Assembly (NCBI GenBank): GCA_964016885.1
Contig: OZ024744.1
Coordinates: 37,634,001-37,698,000, forward strand
DNA from: Eledone cirrhosa
Lineage: Eukaryota
Direction of reading: 5' to 3'
DNA: 64,000 bases
The notes under the pieces are model-generated. The model made no database searches. It was not told the DNA's origin and saw only the letters and a list, made by a program, of their open reading frames with translations. Each line of letters starts with the position of its first letter. Position 1 is the stretch's first letter. Made by a program: the position numbers and the translations under genes. Shown one piece after another: positions 25,829-39,628 of the stretch.

Positions 25829-27023
25829 AACTAGCAGAAAAACCACCCTTCGGGTGGTTTTCTGCGAGCATGTGTGGTGTGTATATTGATATTATACGCA
25901 AGAATATATACATGTAGATATGATACATAAAAAAAATCGTAATTGACAATATAAACAGAAATTGAACGAAGACGTTGTTACACTGTCTTATGTAATCAGT
26001 AACGTAATCCATGATACATTAAAAAAAAAGACGATATATAATATATATTTGTGAAATGGGTGGTGGTTGAAATTCAGATGTGCACGGTTAAATGGTATTA
26101 GACGTGGTCGGACGGACATGAAAATGCACACACCTATGTAAAAAGTGCCAAGTAAGCAAATAGATGAGGTATCAAATCTCTAACTTGAAAAATGTGGTTC
26201 CTAGGGCCCCCAAACGGTCTATTTACTATCGCTTCCGGTGAGTTATTTCCCCCAGTTCTAATACTTGGATGAGTTATTTTCCGTAGTCGCTTTAAATATT
26301 CATTGTCTTATTTACAATTTCATACAAATTTTTAAACTCATCAGTTTTTTTTAAATATTCATTGTAAACTTAATGAATGGGATCTATATGCCCTTTGGTT
26401 GACGAGTTAATTAATTCAGTTTTTTTTTTAATATTCATTGTCTTATTTCAAATAACATCTCAAAGACAACGTTATTTCGCTGTTACTAAACTGTTGCCTT
26501 CTACAGTACGTTTCATTTTCATTTTTCAAATACAGTTGCTCTATATTAAATTTAAATACTTCTATAACGATCATACAGTACCGTTTTATGAAATCGATTC
26601 TGCAGTAGAATTTTACGAAATGCCAAACCGAAAAAGGTCACTGTTTTCTAACAAAAGAAATAAAACTCTTACATTGCGAACCCCCTGTTCTAATACTGGG
26701 GTTAGTTATTTCCCCCTCTTCTAATAAACGTCTATAATATAGAGGCCCCTCTTGCTGACCAGGGCAATCAAAGTGTAAACTATCATACAAACCTTCATAA
26801 TCTGCATTTTCAAACTTGCATATCATCGACATTGCTATTTCGCTGTTAATAAACAACGCTTTTCACGTCGCTCCACTTCTCACTGTACGCCGTCCAGCCC
26901 CAAGTGCATATTTCTATTTTTTTTCCTGATACTGCTTCTTTATAATAAACTTTCAATAATATTTTTCAAATTATGAACTTAATAAAAAGTGGCCCCGGGT
27001 GCAACCGGGTTCAGCTGCTAGTT
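25829..27023. mobile_element. Helitron/HINE-like non-autonomous DNA with hairpin plus CTAG termini at both ends
   Basis: Ends read aactagcag and ctgctagtt, each next to a GC-rich hairpin. Confidence 0.45.
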
Positions 27024-27789
27024 TAATATAAACTGCATTAGGAGAAAATTAGTGACAGAAAATTAGTGTGTTTATTTAAGTGATCGCCACCGGAAATGTT
27101 GACATCACACACTCTCTCTTTCTATATATGGTAGTTGAAGTGGTGGTGGCGGCAACGATATACCGGAAGTGCAACTTTGAAAAGGAGTCAATTTTAAATT
27201 ATTTATCTTTACGAAATTATTTTTGTTTACGAAATTTAGTAGATAAATTATGTAATATTCATTCATTATTCATTCAAAGTAATCCAACTTATTTTACTAA
27301 CGGGATAAAAAATAAAAAACCGTACGCAGTCCCGCAGACCTTCCTTTATTATAGTTTAGATTCTAACAAAATTACATTAATCTCAAAAATGATTCTTCTC
27401 AAGAAATTAATTTTTTCTGTCATGCTGGGTATGTACATTAGTTCCATTAATACGTTTCTGGTAATGGCTTACCTCACTTCTCCGAGTCAGCATGAATCGG
27501 GAAATAATTAAGATGGAAGGTGCTCTAGTCATGAAAATCCTATCTTTTTTCCTATTATTTCTTTTTTTTAATATTTATGACTACCTGAATAACCTGTGCT
27601 TAATTAATAATAAGAACACCATAAGACAATAGGAATGATTTGAGGGAGCAGTGGCTTCTATTTCTAGCACATCGTGTTACCGCTTAGATGTTGAACTTCC
27701 ATGATTCATTTGTAAGACCAGGGTTTTTGTGATTGTTTCTCTCCGGGGTCAGGCCTGATCAAATATTATCATTATCATCTTCCCTTAAT

Positions 27790-28550
27790 TGGTATAGCTA
27801 GTTAATGGGAATGGGAGACAATCAGCAGTCTCTTCATATATCTGCTGTCTGTCACACGCAGAAATGTCGCAATGTTGAGATCTGTCCAGTTCTTGATGTT
27901 GTGTGATGAGGAATTGTGTTTACTACTTCTTCTTCACCCCACCCCCCCACCCCCAAATCAGCTCAGGAGAAAGGTTTGACAGGAGTTATGGTGAGATACA
28001 TGCCTGTACTAGGCAAATCTTGAGCTTTTCACTTTTCCAAGAAATGAATCCTTCCTGTCAAAAAATATGCATCTCATGCTCTATGATGAGTAGCAGTCTT
28101 CTGAGCCAAATATACTCAAATGACCGGATTCGTTTGTCCATTCCGTCTATCTGTGTCCAACTTTTCCATCCATTTGGAAGGTTCGAAGTCATCAGAGATT
28201 TGTACAGTTTGCGTTTTGTAGTCTTACCTTTTTTTTGAATGATGAGGTTGTCTTTCTAAAACGCTCATCAACGACATCGTTTTTATATTCATGTTTGGAG
28301 AGTGTGAATTGAGGTCTTGCAGCCACGTGTTTGGTGATGAGCTTGCTGTATATTGGTGTACAGCTGATGACTGAGCTCACTCTGGTATTGTTGACAATAG
28401 AGCGCTTGTGTTGGTGCTTTAGTGTCATCTCTGCTCTACCATAGTGTCTGGACTTCGCTTGTAGTCGTTTTTCAAATTCACTCAACCTGACTTCAGCTAG
28501 CTCTAAGATGTCTTACATGTGTTTGGCAAATATCTGTGAAAGCTCCTTTG
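27790..28550 (-). pseudogene. Highly decayed RTE LINE RT fragment
   Basis: Minus-strand remnant GWKSWTQIDGMDKRIRSFEYIWLRRLL resembles the RTE motif GCESWT..RI.AFE...RR.L. Confidence 0.45.
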
Positions 28551-29552
28551 TTCCTTCACATAAATACAGAATACTGACGTTTCATCTTTTAAAACAGTAT
28601 TTTCTTTTGGGGAGGCAGATGGCTGTTGATGGGAGTGCTTTTGTCATTGTCTCAATAGAGCATATATAAACTCCATCTTGGGAAATGGCAGTGGAGCGTG
28701 TGGTCATTACTTTTCACACACGCAACCGATCCATCATGATATTCCAGTGGGCCTGAGAAATGTTTAGCGCTGCTCATCCGATCTTCGAGCGTCAAGTCAT
28801 CCCTCACTAAGTTTCACTTGCAGCGTAAACAATTAAACGGGTGTGACGGAAAGAAACGTCTCGGGGGCTCAAAATTGAGAGTTATGTGAGAACCTACATA
28901 CAAGTTATCCATAAAGCTTCTCAAACAGGACATCAATGAATTCCCTCTGGTCAAATATACTTATATCCAAATATAGGAGACCTACGATAAAACACATTTC
29001 ACACGGTGACATTTCACCTGAAAAAGCTGCTTTGTAATTATAAGGTTTCTAGTTGGTGCTTACTGCATGACATTTTGGAAGCAGATCCCATTAATGTGGC
29101 CCTTGGTCAAGACTTGTAAGTGCTATTGAAAGGTGGAAAGTGTTTAGAAACCTGTTGGATGGATTGTACCCATAATCCAAACATTGTCACACACTGTGTT
29201 GCACTGAATCTCCCTGAGTGTTAAGTTAAGCGTACACGTAACTATGAATGCTCAATTACTTGCAAGTGAATGTCACGAACAGGCCGTTACGGTGTTTGAA
29301 CAAATGACTGGCCATTGCCGAGAGTGTCAAAGAATCCATCATCAATAGTTTAAACTTTCAGACGTGTCACCATTAGGGATGAAAACTGATTCGGATTGGG
29401 GTACACATGTCTGTGGTTTGCCCATCCACTTACATTATAATGATTTCTGATTTAAGCTCTAGGCCAACAAAGGGAAAGTCGATTAAATAGACCCCAGTGT
29501 GTCTCTGGTCCTTTGTTTCGTCGAACCGCACACTATCGCCCCACTTACAGTA

Positions 29553-29736
29553 TAATTGTTTCTACTTTTGGCACAAAGCCAGAAATTACCCAGTACATTA
29601 CTGGTACTTTTATCGGCCCCGTAAGGATGAAAGCCAAAGTTAACCTCGGCGGGATTTGAACTCAGTCCCTAAAGGGACGTAACTCTAAGCTGAAAAGCAT
29701 GGCGTCCGATCCTTTACCGATACTGCCAATCCACCA
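29553..29736 (-). mobile_element. tRNA-derived SINE (Meta-like family)
   Basis: Matches the family consensus. Confidence 0.8.
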
Positions 29737-30135
29737 AGTGGCACTGTACATATAATTCAAAGGTGCAGTTTAGTTACATATTGAATTATACTGGATCGTC
29801 TTGGAAATTACATTACATATACACGTGTCTGTTCAACTCCTTGCAGGAAAATATCAACCAACAGTTTGTTGGTTGATCAAACAACTGAAATACTCATCAA
29901 CGAAACCGACGGAGGTCCACTCTGATATTCCAGCTGCTGTGGTTTTCCTCAATCAAAATTATTTTATGAGTGAAAATGAGATTTTTATTCTCTGTGTAAA
30001 AGAATGGTTATCTCCCTTCCTCCACCCTGCTTGATTATTATAGAGACGAAATAAAAATAAGAGTTCAATTAGAAACCATCAATTCCTATTTCTACATTCT
30101 TCTCTTTCTCTTCCTCATTATATGTTTTCATAAGA

Positions 30136-30311
30136 TGGCGGTGGATTAGCAGTATTGGTAGAGGGTCGGACGCCATGCTTTGCAGTATAGAGATACGGCT
30201 CTTTACGTTCTGAATTCAAATCCCGACTTTCATCCTTACGAGGTCGTAATAAAGTACCAGTAATGCACTGGGGTTATTGGTGGCCTTATGCCAAACGTAG
30301 AAACAATTATA
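30136..30311 (+). mobile_element. tRNA-derived SINE (Meta-like family)
   Basis: Matches the family consensus. Confidence 0.8.
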
Positions 30312-30498
30312 TGTTTTCATAATATCCAATCACCAACGTTAACTCCTTTCCGCCCTTCCTCCTCCTTCTCCTCATTTTCCTCCTCCTATTCTCCTCTTCC
30401 TCCCCTGTTTCTTCCTTTTCGTCATCCTTCTTATCATTCTAATTGTTGCCATCAAAATGTTTATAATTGTTACATTAAAAGGATTTAAGTTGTGTTAA

Positions 30499-30672
30499 AT
30501 AATTGTTTCTACTATTGGCACAAGGCCTGCAATTACCCAGTACATTACTGGTACTTTATTTTATCGACCCCGTAAGGATGAAAGGCAAAGTTGACCTCGG
30601 CGGGATTTGAACTCAGAATGGCAAGGGCCGTAACTGTATGCATGACGTCCGACCCTCTACAGATACTGCCAA
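30499..30672 (-). mobile_element. tRNA-derived SINE (Meta-like family)
   Basis: Matches the family consensus. Confidence 0.8.
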
Positions 30673-33289
30673 GTTAAATAGTATCATCGGTTTCAATTGG
30701 TTTGCCAACGCTATCAGATATTTATAAAGTTTATTCACATATTTTGTGGTCAGGAAGAACCTATGAGGGTTTTCTCTTAAAAATATCTTCATAAAAGTGG
30801 ATATAAAGTTTTTCTTTTATCTTGTGCTGGGCGTGTGTGTGTATGTGTGCGCGCGTGTGTGTGTGTGCGTGTGTGTGTGTGTAGTGGTGTGTATGTTTGT
30901 GAGTGTGTATGTGTGTGTGTACGTGTATGTGTGTGTACGTGTATGAGTGTGTACGTGTGTGTGTACGTGTATGCGTGCGTACGTGTATGCGTGTGTACGT
31001 GTATGTGTGTGTACGTGTATATGTGTGTTTACGTGTATATGTGTGTACGTGTATGTGTGTTATAGTTAAAGAATTAGCTGGCTCCATCAACGTTGATTCC
31101 TTCTTTTATATGTCTGTAGACCAAACGCCTCTGGCACAACTACAACCTTCGATATTGTAGGATACAGTTGCCAGTGCAAATCTGGGGAATATTTCTCTGG
31201 CTCACTCTCCCTTTTGTTCTTGTTCCGACCAGTTTCATTCAGAACATATTTTGTTGCACATATTTGTACTTCCCTTGCTATTGGTTATGTACTTGCCGGT
31301 CAGTTATTTTTTTCTTTAACAATTCCCGAGGCAACTCTTATTGTAGTAATTTTGTATGTGTGTGTGTTTTCAAAACTTACTTTGTTTTATATTTATATTT
31401 ACAAATGCTTTCCGTTTATTTGAGAGATAAAATATTATTTGTTGGAATTTATACCACGACTGAAAGTTAGTCCATTTACAGCTGGTTCTCGGCAGTAACT
31501 GACCAACTAGGATTGGTATCTCTGTGTGAATTGGATACAAAGGGTGATCACTATGTCACTCTCAGATACCCATTCTGGTGTATGTTTATACCACCTCTTT
31601 TGGCAGAATTGGTAGTGCGTCGGATAAAATGTCATTGTTCTATTTCTTTAGAGTCTCTGAGTTCAAATCCCACCGAGGTCAACTTTGCCAGTCATTCTTT
31701 CGCAGTTGATAAAAAAAACACCACCAAACTAGCACTGGGGTCAAATCTTGTTCTGTATCTCTTTCTCATTTCCTTTCTCTCAATCTCTATGATTCTCTGG
31801 AAAAGAAATCTGCTCTATTCAAACCTGGAGGGTAGATGTGTTCCGCCAGGTTTAAAAACACTCTAGAAACGCCGTATGTCAACACAGCACACGTACGTCT
31901 CTTCTGGGTGTTACGAGAGCAAATATACATTTACTTATATATTTATATGCATATTTCAGTAGCTTTATTTGTATTGCATTCGTTCGCCGTATTTCTGAAG
32001 GAACTCCTGTATGCATTGTCTACATGCATCGTTTTTTTGTGTTATCTGTTATATAAGTTATTTTCAGTTGTGCTATTGAATAGAACATGTATTTTTAGAC
32101 TGTGTATAGAGTTGTTAAGCCTGGTATATTTCGTGTTTATTTTTATTTTTCTTCATGCTTTATTCTTTTAAATTATCTTCAATTGCATACTTATTTCAAT
32201 CTGAAGGTTCTTGTAATTTAACATTTTCTTTACTCCTTCCGGATATTTACTGGCCAGATGAAATAGACACATCTGACTATAAATGTTCAGAATTCGAATC
32301 TCCTTAATTATTATATGGATGTTTATTTTTCTTGGTCTCCACCTTGACATTTTCCATAAGGTATATTCAAATGATTCTGACGAGATCGTTGTTTTGCACC
32401 AAGTTTGAAACACGTTTAATTTTTTCTTTTTCTTTTCAAACCAATTTCTCAACATGTTTAGTGGGCTCGTTACCAACTTATTAATATCTCTGAATATAAC
32501 GTAGAACAGAGTATAGTCCTACGGGTGCATGTAGTATATGTAGGTACATACAGTAAAATATATGCGTCCATATGTATATGATACGCGTATGATATATATA
32601 TACGTATGATATGCGTAACTACAGTATGAAATGTAGGGCATTCATGAGCGTTTGATTGTTCTAGCCTGCAATTTGTAATCGGTAGATCTTCCTAGCATAA
32701 CCGCCTGTTCACGACCTTTCGTCGATAATACTCTGTGACTATATGCAGCTATATTGAATATGGCGTTGTCATACAAATAGACAGAAGACACAGAGGGAGA
32801 AAAAAGTCTTTGAACATCTTAAAGGGTAAAGATCTTAACTTTGGTGATTCGCAGATCAGACATCTTAGCTCTAATAGCATAACGAAGCATTAAAGAAAAC
32901 CATAATATTCTATACATTTTCTATAATCTAAGGCAATAAAATCAATGTGTTCAAATACTAAACGCAATTTTGTTATCGGCCATATTTCAAATTAGTTAAT
33001 TTCTGTGGCGGATATCAAATAAGAAATACGAAATATTAATGGTGAAATAATAAAATTTAGTTCGTCTTTAAAACTTAACTGAGTTTTCTGTTCCGTTAAT
33101 CAATACCATTGGGGGAAATTATTCACTTCAAGCTAATTGATCTTCTATGTAGTGAATTTTTAATTTGCACTTATATAAAGTACCATTTTCTATTAGAGAA
33201 GTGCACCATGAACACACAAACATATACAAGCACACACGTACACGCAAAATATAATATAACAATATGTATATACAAACATACATACATAT

Positions 33290-36249
33290 ATATATATGCC
33301 TAAATAACAACATCATGCCAAAAACTATCAAAAACCTGCACCTACCAACATGCTTCAAATCATCATGCCTCAAACGATCACTTACCCTCATACAAAAATT
33401 CTGCCTAAGAAAACTCATACAACACCTACACCGCACGCTACAACAACACATACGGACAATTTCCAACCTAGTACCACAACTCGCTGAAACCCAAGAACCT
33501 CTGCTCAGAGTAATTTCCGCCGCTATAGACAGGTCCTACCACCATCGCCGAGATTACGAGAAAATACGCCTAAAGCAAAGATTTCTCAAACTCAGCACGG
33601 CTGACCGTCTTAACAACAATCCAACTCTAAGCACCAAGAGAGGCGAACAAGACGGTACCAACACCGAACCTAGCGGCGCCCCGACCAACAACACACCTGA
33701 CGCAAAACACCTCGTCACAGACTTGACAGGATCCCTATCCCGAGATGAACTACACCTCCTCAGCCTGGGTCCCAAGTTCAGATTGAAACAGAGACTGGAC
33801 GACAAATTATGACTCGACATAGAAACGAATTTCTGTCGGGCCGCCTACCAACTAAAATGGATATCGACTCTCGGCAACAACACCACGGAATCTAACACAA
33901 CCAGATTCCCGATATACCAACTGGACCGCCCACTCTGGCCACCACCTGCCAACCTCGAGCTGGGAGAAAAACTCTCGAGGCTAAAATATTCCGTATTCAA
34001 CATCTTACGGAAACAGAAGAAGATAGCCCCAAACCTCTCCAGGACAAAACAACTCGCCCTGAAGAACCTGTGGAATAGTGAACTCATATACTTACCATCC
34101 GACAAAGGTAAAGAGTTTTGTTTCATCTCTCAAGCCACACACAACAACCTAGCCTTTGAACACTTAAGCGACAACGAACTGTATACAGAGACCCAGACAT
34201 GACTGCAGCCCAGATCGAAAAACAGACCAACTCTATCTGGTTCGACATCTGTAGCAGAAGAAAACTCCCAAATAAATTTAAGTTCAAATACACCACTAGA
34301 AATAGCAGACTGCCCACTTTCTATCACCTCAGCAAGACCCACAAGAATAGTACTAAGACACAAATAAGACCCATCGTCTCTAGCATAGAAGGGCCCCTAT
34401 ACAACATTTCCTGGCTCCTCCCCCAGGTCCTCAAACCTCTACTCTCCACCTTTCCCGGGCCCGTCAGTAGCTCCGACGAAGTCATACGTAGACTACACCA
34501 ACTCCAGCCAGAACAACTTAAACTAAATAGATACGATTTTAGCCTCGATGTTGTCTCCCTCTACACTACAGTCCCCGGTCATCCAGCGGTCGATTTATTG
34601 ACGGACTGCGTGGTCGCAGAGGACATCCACTGCTACCGCCTCCATCCGACGGATATACACCAGCTTTTGTCCTTCACAGTGGACAACACGTACTTCACCT
34701 TCCACCACCACACATACAGACAGACAACAGGATTACCCATGTGATCCAGCCTATCGGGCCTGCTGGCCATCACTTATATGAACCAGCTGGAATGCCAAGC
34801 CCTCAACACCTGCCATACCTATACCTTCTTCACCCGATATGTAGATGACATACTCATCCTTACATCATCCCGGGAAGAAGCGGATAAAATATACATGACA
34901 TTCTCCAGCATGGACGCCAGTATAAAGTTCAGCATGGAACACCCCGATGACCGCAGATCCCTATCCCTATTAGACTTCCAACTCAGGGTAACAGAGGAAA
35001 GCGACATCCACACCTGCTTCTATAAAAAAGCCGCCAGCAGGGACTTGTTCGTACATTTCAGATCAGCCTTCCCAGTCAGCCGAAAGTTCGGATACATAAG
35101 GAACGAACTAACACGTATCCGTAAAAAATGCATCGACGCAAGAGACCGGGACACACACCACACATTTCCTGGAAGTACTCAAACTGAACGGATAGCCGAC
35201 GTCCACGGGGAACCGTGCCAGAAAGAACAGAGGACACCACACCCGAGGCACTAACACCTGCTTCCTTAAGCTCCCACACTTCAGTGACGAAACAACAGCC
35301 ATCCGCAGAGCTATCAGACGAGCGGGCCTAGATATCCAACTAGCCCACTCATGACCTTCTCTACGCGGACAGCTAACCAAAAGACACTCTACCAGACATG
35401 ACAGCCCCTGCAGGCTAGCCAACTGCCCCATCGACGACACAGACCTATACCACCAGTCTTACGTCGTATACAGATTAGAGTGCGACAAATGCAGAAATTT
35501 CTACATAGGTAGAAACACCAGACCACTTCACATTAGAATAAACGAACACCTCAACACTAACGCCTCCTCATTTAAGAAACACTTAGTGAAATGCAAAAAC
35601 ACCGACAGAAACATAATAGTTAGGATAGAAGCTAAAGAAAGAAACCTCGGCAATCTTAGAATTAAAGAACCACTTATTATAGACAAAACACAACCACCAA
35701 TCAATAACAAACTAGTACTCAACACCCAATTTTTAACATGATAGAGCACCTAACCCAACACCAACACCTCCACGTACCATCTCACACACCTTCACTTATT
35801 CTCTCTCACACACACATACACACACATACACCAGTTTTAACATGATAGAGCATCTAGCCCCTACATTTACATATTAACATGTCATCTGACACTCACATAC
35901 ACACACACACGCACACGCATGCTTACACCTTCACGTATTCTCCCACACACACTTAAACATACATCTAAACCCTTTTAAAGGGAGACAACCCTTTATCCAC
36001 CTCACCTTTACTCTTTGATATTAGAAATAGAATGGAATTTCTTTACAATTTCCTATCAGCATGACTTGGCAAGCTAATTAGAATACTGGATTAACCCCTT
36101 TACTTTCCTCCGAAGAAGAGATATTATCTCGAAAATTAAGGATATTCAAATAAATTTAAGGTAAAAGACTAATTGTCAGCAATATCTTTTGCATTTGTAT
36201 TTATATTCTATATCTATACCTGCATTGTTCTTGCCTTATAACTCCAAAC

Positions 36250-36255
<6 letters not shown>
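33290..36255 (+). mobile_element. Long decayed Penelope-like retroelement (RT plus GIY-YIG) ending in (TA)n
   Basis: LLSLGPKF, YLPSDKG, IRPIVS, SLDVVSLYTTVP and FTRYVDD motifs; GIY-YIG segment YVVYRLECDKCRNFYIGRNTRPLHIRINEH. Several stops and frameshifts. Confidence 0.92.
36106..36142 (+). ncRNA. Variant minimal hammerhead motif in the Penelope 3' end
   Basis: tcct-CCGAAGA-a-GAGATA-t-TATCTC-GAAA-ATTA-agga. Confidence 0.55.
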
Positions 36256-36302
<47 letters not shown>

Positions 36303-36309
36303 TATAAGT

Positions 36310-36340
<31 letters not shown>

Positions 36341-36375
36341 TTATATCTGTATGTATATATATATGAGCAGAGAGT

Positions 36376-36421
<46 letters not shown>

Positions 36422-36889
36422 GAGAGAGGGAGAGAGAGGTAAAATCCCAACCACGGCCCATGCGATTTCGGCTGTTGTGTTCAACAAACCTTTTTCAAGG
36501 GAGTAGTTATATTTGCAGGGTGTGTAAAAATAGGTCACTAGTCTTGGTAGAATTTTGCTAAGACTGGTGACGTATTTTTATACTCCCTTCAATTATTACT
36601 ACACACTTGAAAAAGGCTTGAAACAGCAGCCAAAATCTGTGGGCTCTTCAGTCCGTATTTGACCTCAGTCTATATCCACTCATGACCTTGCATGTATTCT
36701 GTACTCCTATGATTTGTGGGCTCCATGGCCTCAATACCACAGACTCTCTCTTCCTCTCACTCTCACTCACTCTCTCTCTTTGTCTTTCTCTCTCTCTCTC
36801 TCACTTTCTCTCTCTCTCTCTCCATCTCTCTCTCTCTATGCATATATATATACATATGTGTGTATATACATACATACATAGATACATAC

Positions 36890-36956
<67 letters not shown>

Positions 36957-37262
36957 TACATATATACATATATATGTATCTGTGTGTTTCTAAATATATT
37001 AATAACTCCCTCTGGTCGAGCAATCTTTGAAGTGTGGGGACAACTGGAAAGCTTCCATTACTCATACTTCTCGCCTTCTTCACTACCTCTTCTACGGCCT
37101 CGATATGAATACCCCCTCCGCCTCCGTGGTATTTTCTTCGTGGTTATAAGAGGCTTAGCTCTGTTTCTCGACCGTTATATCGCGTGACTATCTCCCCCTC
37201 CGCCTTTTGGGATTCTTTCTCACGTCGTGTAGACGCGTTCTTGAGACTAGTAAAATGAGGTA

Positions 37263-37350
37263 TCCTCTTGATAAGTCGGCAGACCTCGCAAGGACTCTAT
37301 ATCTTTGATATATTGTTTTTGTTTATGCCACGAAACTACGTAGTCGAGGA
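37263..37350 (+). ncRNA. Degenerate hammerhead motif
   Basis: tcctc-TTGATAA-GT(c)GGCA...TGCCAC-GAAAC-TACGTA-GTC-gagga. The core differs from CTGATGA at two positions. Confidence 0.5.
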
Positions 37351-37537
37351 ATTTAGGAACAGTTTAGGTATGATACATTTTATTACTAATTATATCTAAA
37401 TGTTTCTTCTCTCTTCATAATGTATATATATATATATATATATATATAATGGAAAAATTTGAACAGGGACAAAACAGAGAGGCAGTACAATAAATGTTTA
37501 TTAATTTCACGCTCAGGAGAGTGAGGGGTAGGTGGGG

Positions 37538-37572
37538 GACGACGTTTCGGGCATAAGCCCTTCCTCAGGTGA
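37538..37572 (-). ncRNA. Minimal hammerhead motif
   Basis: CTGAGGA-a-GGGC-ttat-GCCC-GAAACGTC with a weak stem I. The flank is homologous to 1750-1815. Confidence 0.55.
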
Positions 37573-37579
37573 GAATATA

Positions 37580-37649
<70 letters not shown>

Positions 37650-37653
<4 letters not shown>

Positions 37654-38510
37654 AAATTAAGTATGTGTGTGTGTCTGTGTATTACCTATAGGGGCCTACA
37701 TCTTACGACCGATTTACATGAAACTTTACAGGCTCATAGATTAGTCATCGGGGAGTATGTTCAATATATCAACGTATCGTTTTTCTTATACCGGAGTGGT
37801 TTTGCTACCGATTTCGTTCAAAATTTAAAGCAAAATAGAATTTATCATTGCACATCCTGTAATGGCTTTATATTTTGCATTTGTTGTTCAAGGACGGCGT
37901 GGCAGGCGCTTAAATATTCAAAAATACCACTTTTAGACTCAAATTTCCACTTTTTCGGCTCTAGCTCCCACATTAATCAACCTACTTTGTTCAACTTTTA
38001 CACTACGCTAGATCTAATTATTTCACGTCTTAAAGTGGCTTCACATTTTGGATTTTTTGTTCAGGAACGGCGTGGCAGCCGCATAAATATTCGAAAATAC
38101 CACCTTTTCGCTCAAATTTCCGCCTTTTCGGCTCTAGTTCCCACATATTTCAACCGATTTCGTTCAAATTCGAAACTTCGGCTCCACCTCAAACGTATAT
38201 CAATTTATTTGGTTCAACTTTTAGACTACAAAAGAACCTATCATCAGCTCCCACATTTTTCAACCGATTTCGTTCAAATTCGAAACTTCGGGTCCACCTA
38301 CCACATAAATAAATTTATTTGGTTCAGATTTTATACTACCATAGAACCTATCATTGCACATCTTATAGTAGCTTTACACTTTGCATTTTTTGTTCAGATA
38401 CGGCGTGGCAGCCGTTTAACTCTTCAAAATCCGATTTTTTTGACCTCCCACGTATTCCGTACGATTTCACTCAACATTTCGTCATTTGCTACACCTTACG
38501 CTAAGATCAG
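37650..38510 (+). mobile_element. Helitron/DINE-like non-autonomous element with internal subrepeats
   Basis: Start reads tatataaaa..tgtgtgtctg..ccgatttacatgaaactt. Repeated blocks include ccgatttcgttcaaa x3 and ttttgcattt..gttca..acggcgtggcag x3. Confidence 0.45.
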
Positions 38511-38531
38511 CACCTATATATATATATATAT

Positions 38532-39110
38532 GGTGGTGGTGGCTGCCAACTCGTTTTCGACTACGGCTACCACTTTATATCCATGTAGGAGAACCCCCAC
38601 CGATGCGCTGAACGAGTGTGACTTTTTAGTCAAGCCATTGACTTGAAAACTCTGGTACAAACACTACCACTGTGACAATTATTGACACATAGTGCTGGGC
38701 CCATGGTACCATGTAACGACAAGTGCAGAGAGATCTCCAGATACAAAGCAATGCCTGTGCCGTGAAGCTTTTATAGTGAGCAAAGGCACTGCACAAAGCC
38801 AGTTCCACTCTCTTATCCAAGATGATATTTACCAAAAAGAAGAACAAGTCAAGATCTTTGGATACCATCAGGGTTGCAGGTGTTATATCAGCGTTTTCCT
38901 TCCCCTAGAATTCTGCCTTGACAAAGGCTATGGGGTCATCTCTCCCGGTGATTTTGGATGGCCATTGACTCTTAAGAGCTCCTTTGCCCTTTGCCAGGTT
39001 TTGTTTTTAGTCCTACAGGATGTCCAAAGTCACTCTCCTCACCAAGAAACCTTGGTGGGGTTGCCAGTTTAGTCGCCAACGACCCGACCATGAGACAGGT
39101 TGTACTGGAA
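38532..39110 (-). mobile_element. Bipartite RTE-derived non-autonomous element (5' leader fused to 3' end)
   Basis: An RTE-like leader (gcgactaaactggcaacccc, ggggaaggaaaacgctgat) is joined to the zinc-finger remnant and 3' stem-loop. Confidence 0.7.
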
Positions 39111-39169
39111 TACTATATATATATACATATATATATATACATATGTATAAACATACATAAATATATATA

Positions 39170-39211
<42 letters not shown>

Positions 39212-39216
<5 letters not shown>

Positions 39217-39445
39217 AACCAGTAAGACCCCGACGGCTGAGCTCAAGCCGTTTCGACGGCTAATTCTGGACTAAATGAAAATGTATCATTTAGTCCAGAA
39301 AATTTTCATTTAGTCCAGAATTAGCCGTCGAAACGGCTTGAGCTCAGCCGTCGGGTCTTACTGGTTCCTATTACCCACTCTACTACCCTAAGTATTGAGT
39401 ACTTTGGTGTGTTATGGTCCACCTGGTTCCTTACCACATTTCCTT

Positions 39446-39450
<5 letters not shown>
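39212..39450 (+). mobile_element. Fold-back Penelope-like terminal fragment containing a half-hammerhead
   Basis: About 70-bp inverted arms at 39212-39371. Homologous to 43032-43220. Confidence 0.65.
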
Positions 39451-39499
<49 letters not shown>

Positions 39500-39628
39500 T
39501 ATATATATATACATATATATGTATATATATGTATGTATATACATACATAAAAAAAATATATATATATTTATATATATATATATATATTTATACATATGTA
39601 TATACATACATAAATATATATATATATA

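Noticed and set aside
37663-38646. 327-aa ORF
   Set aside because: It runs across internal subrepeats of a non-autonomous element, (TA)n and an antisense SINE-like end, with no domain motifs.
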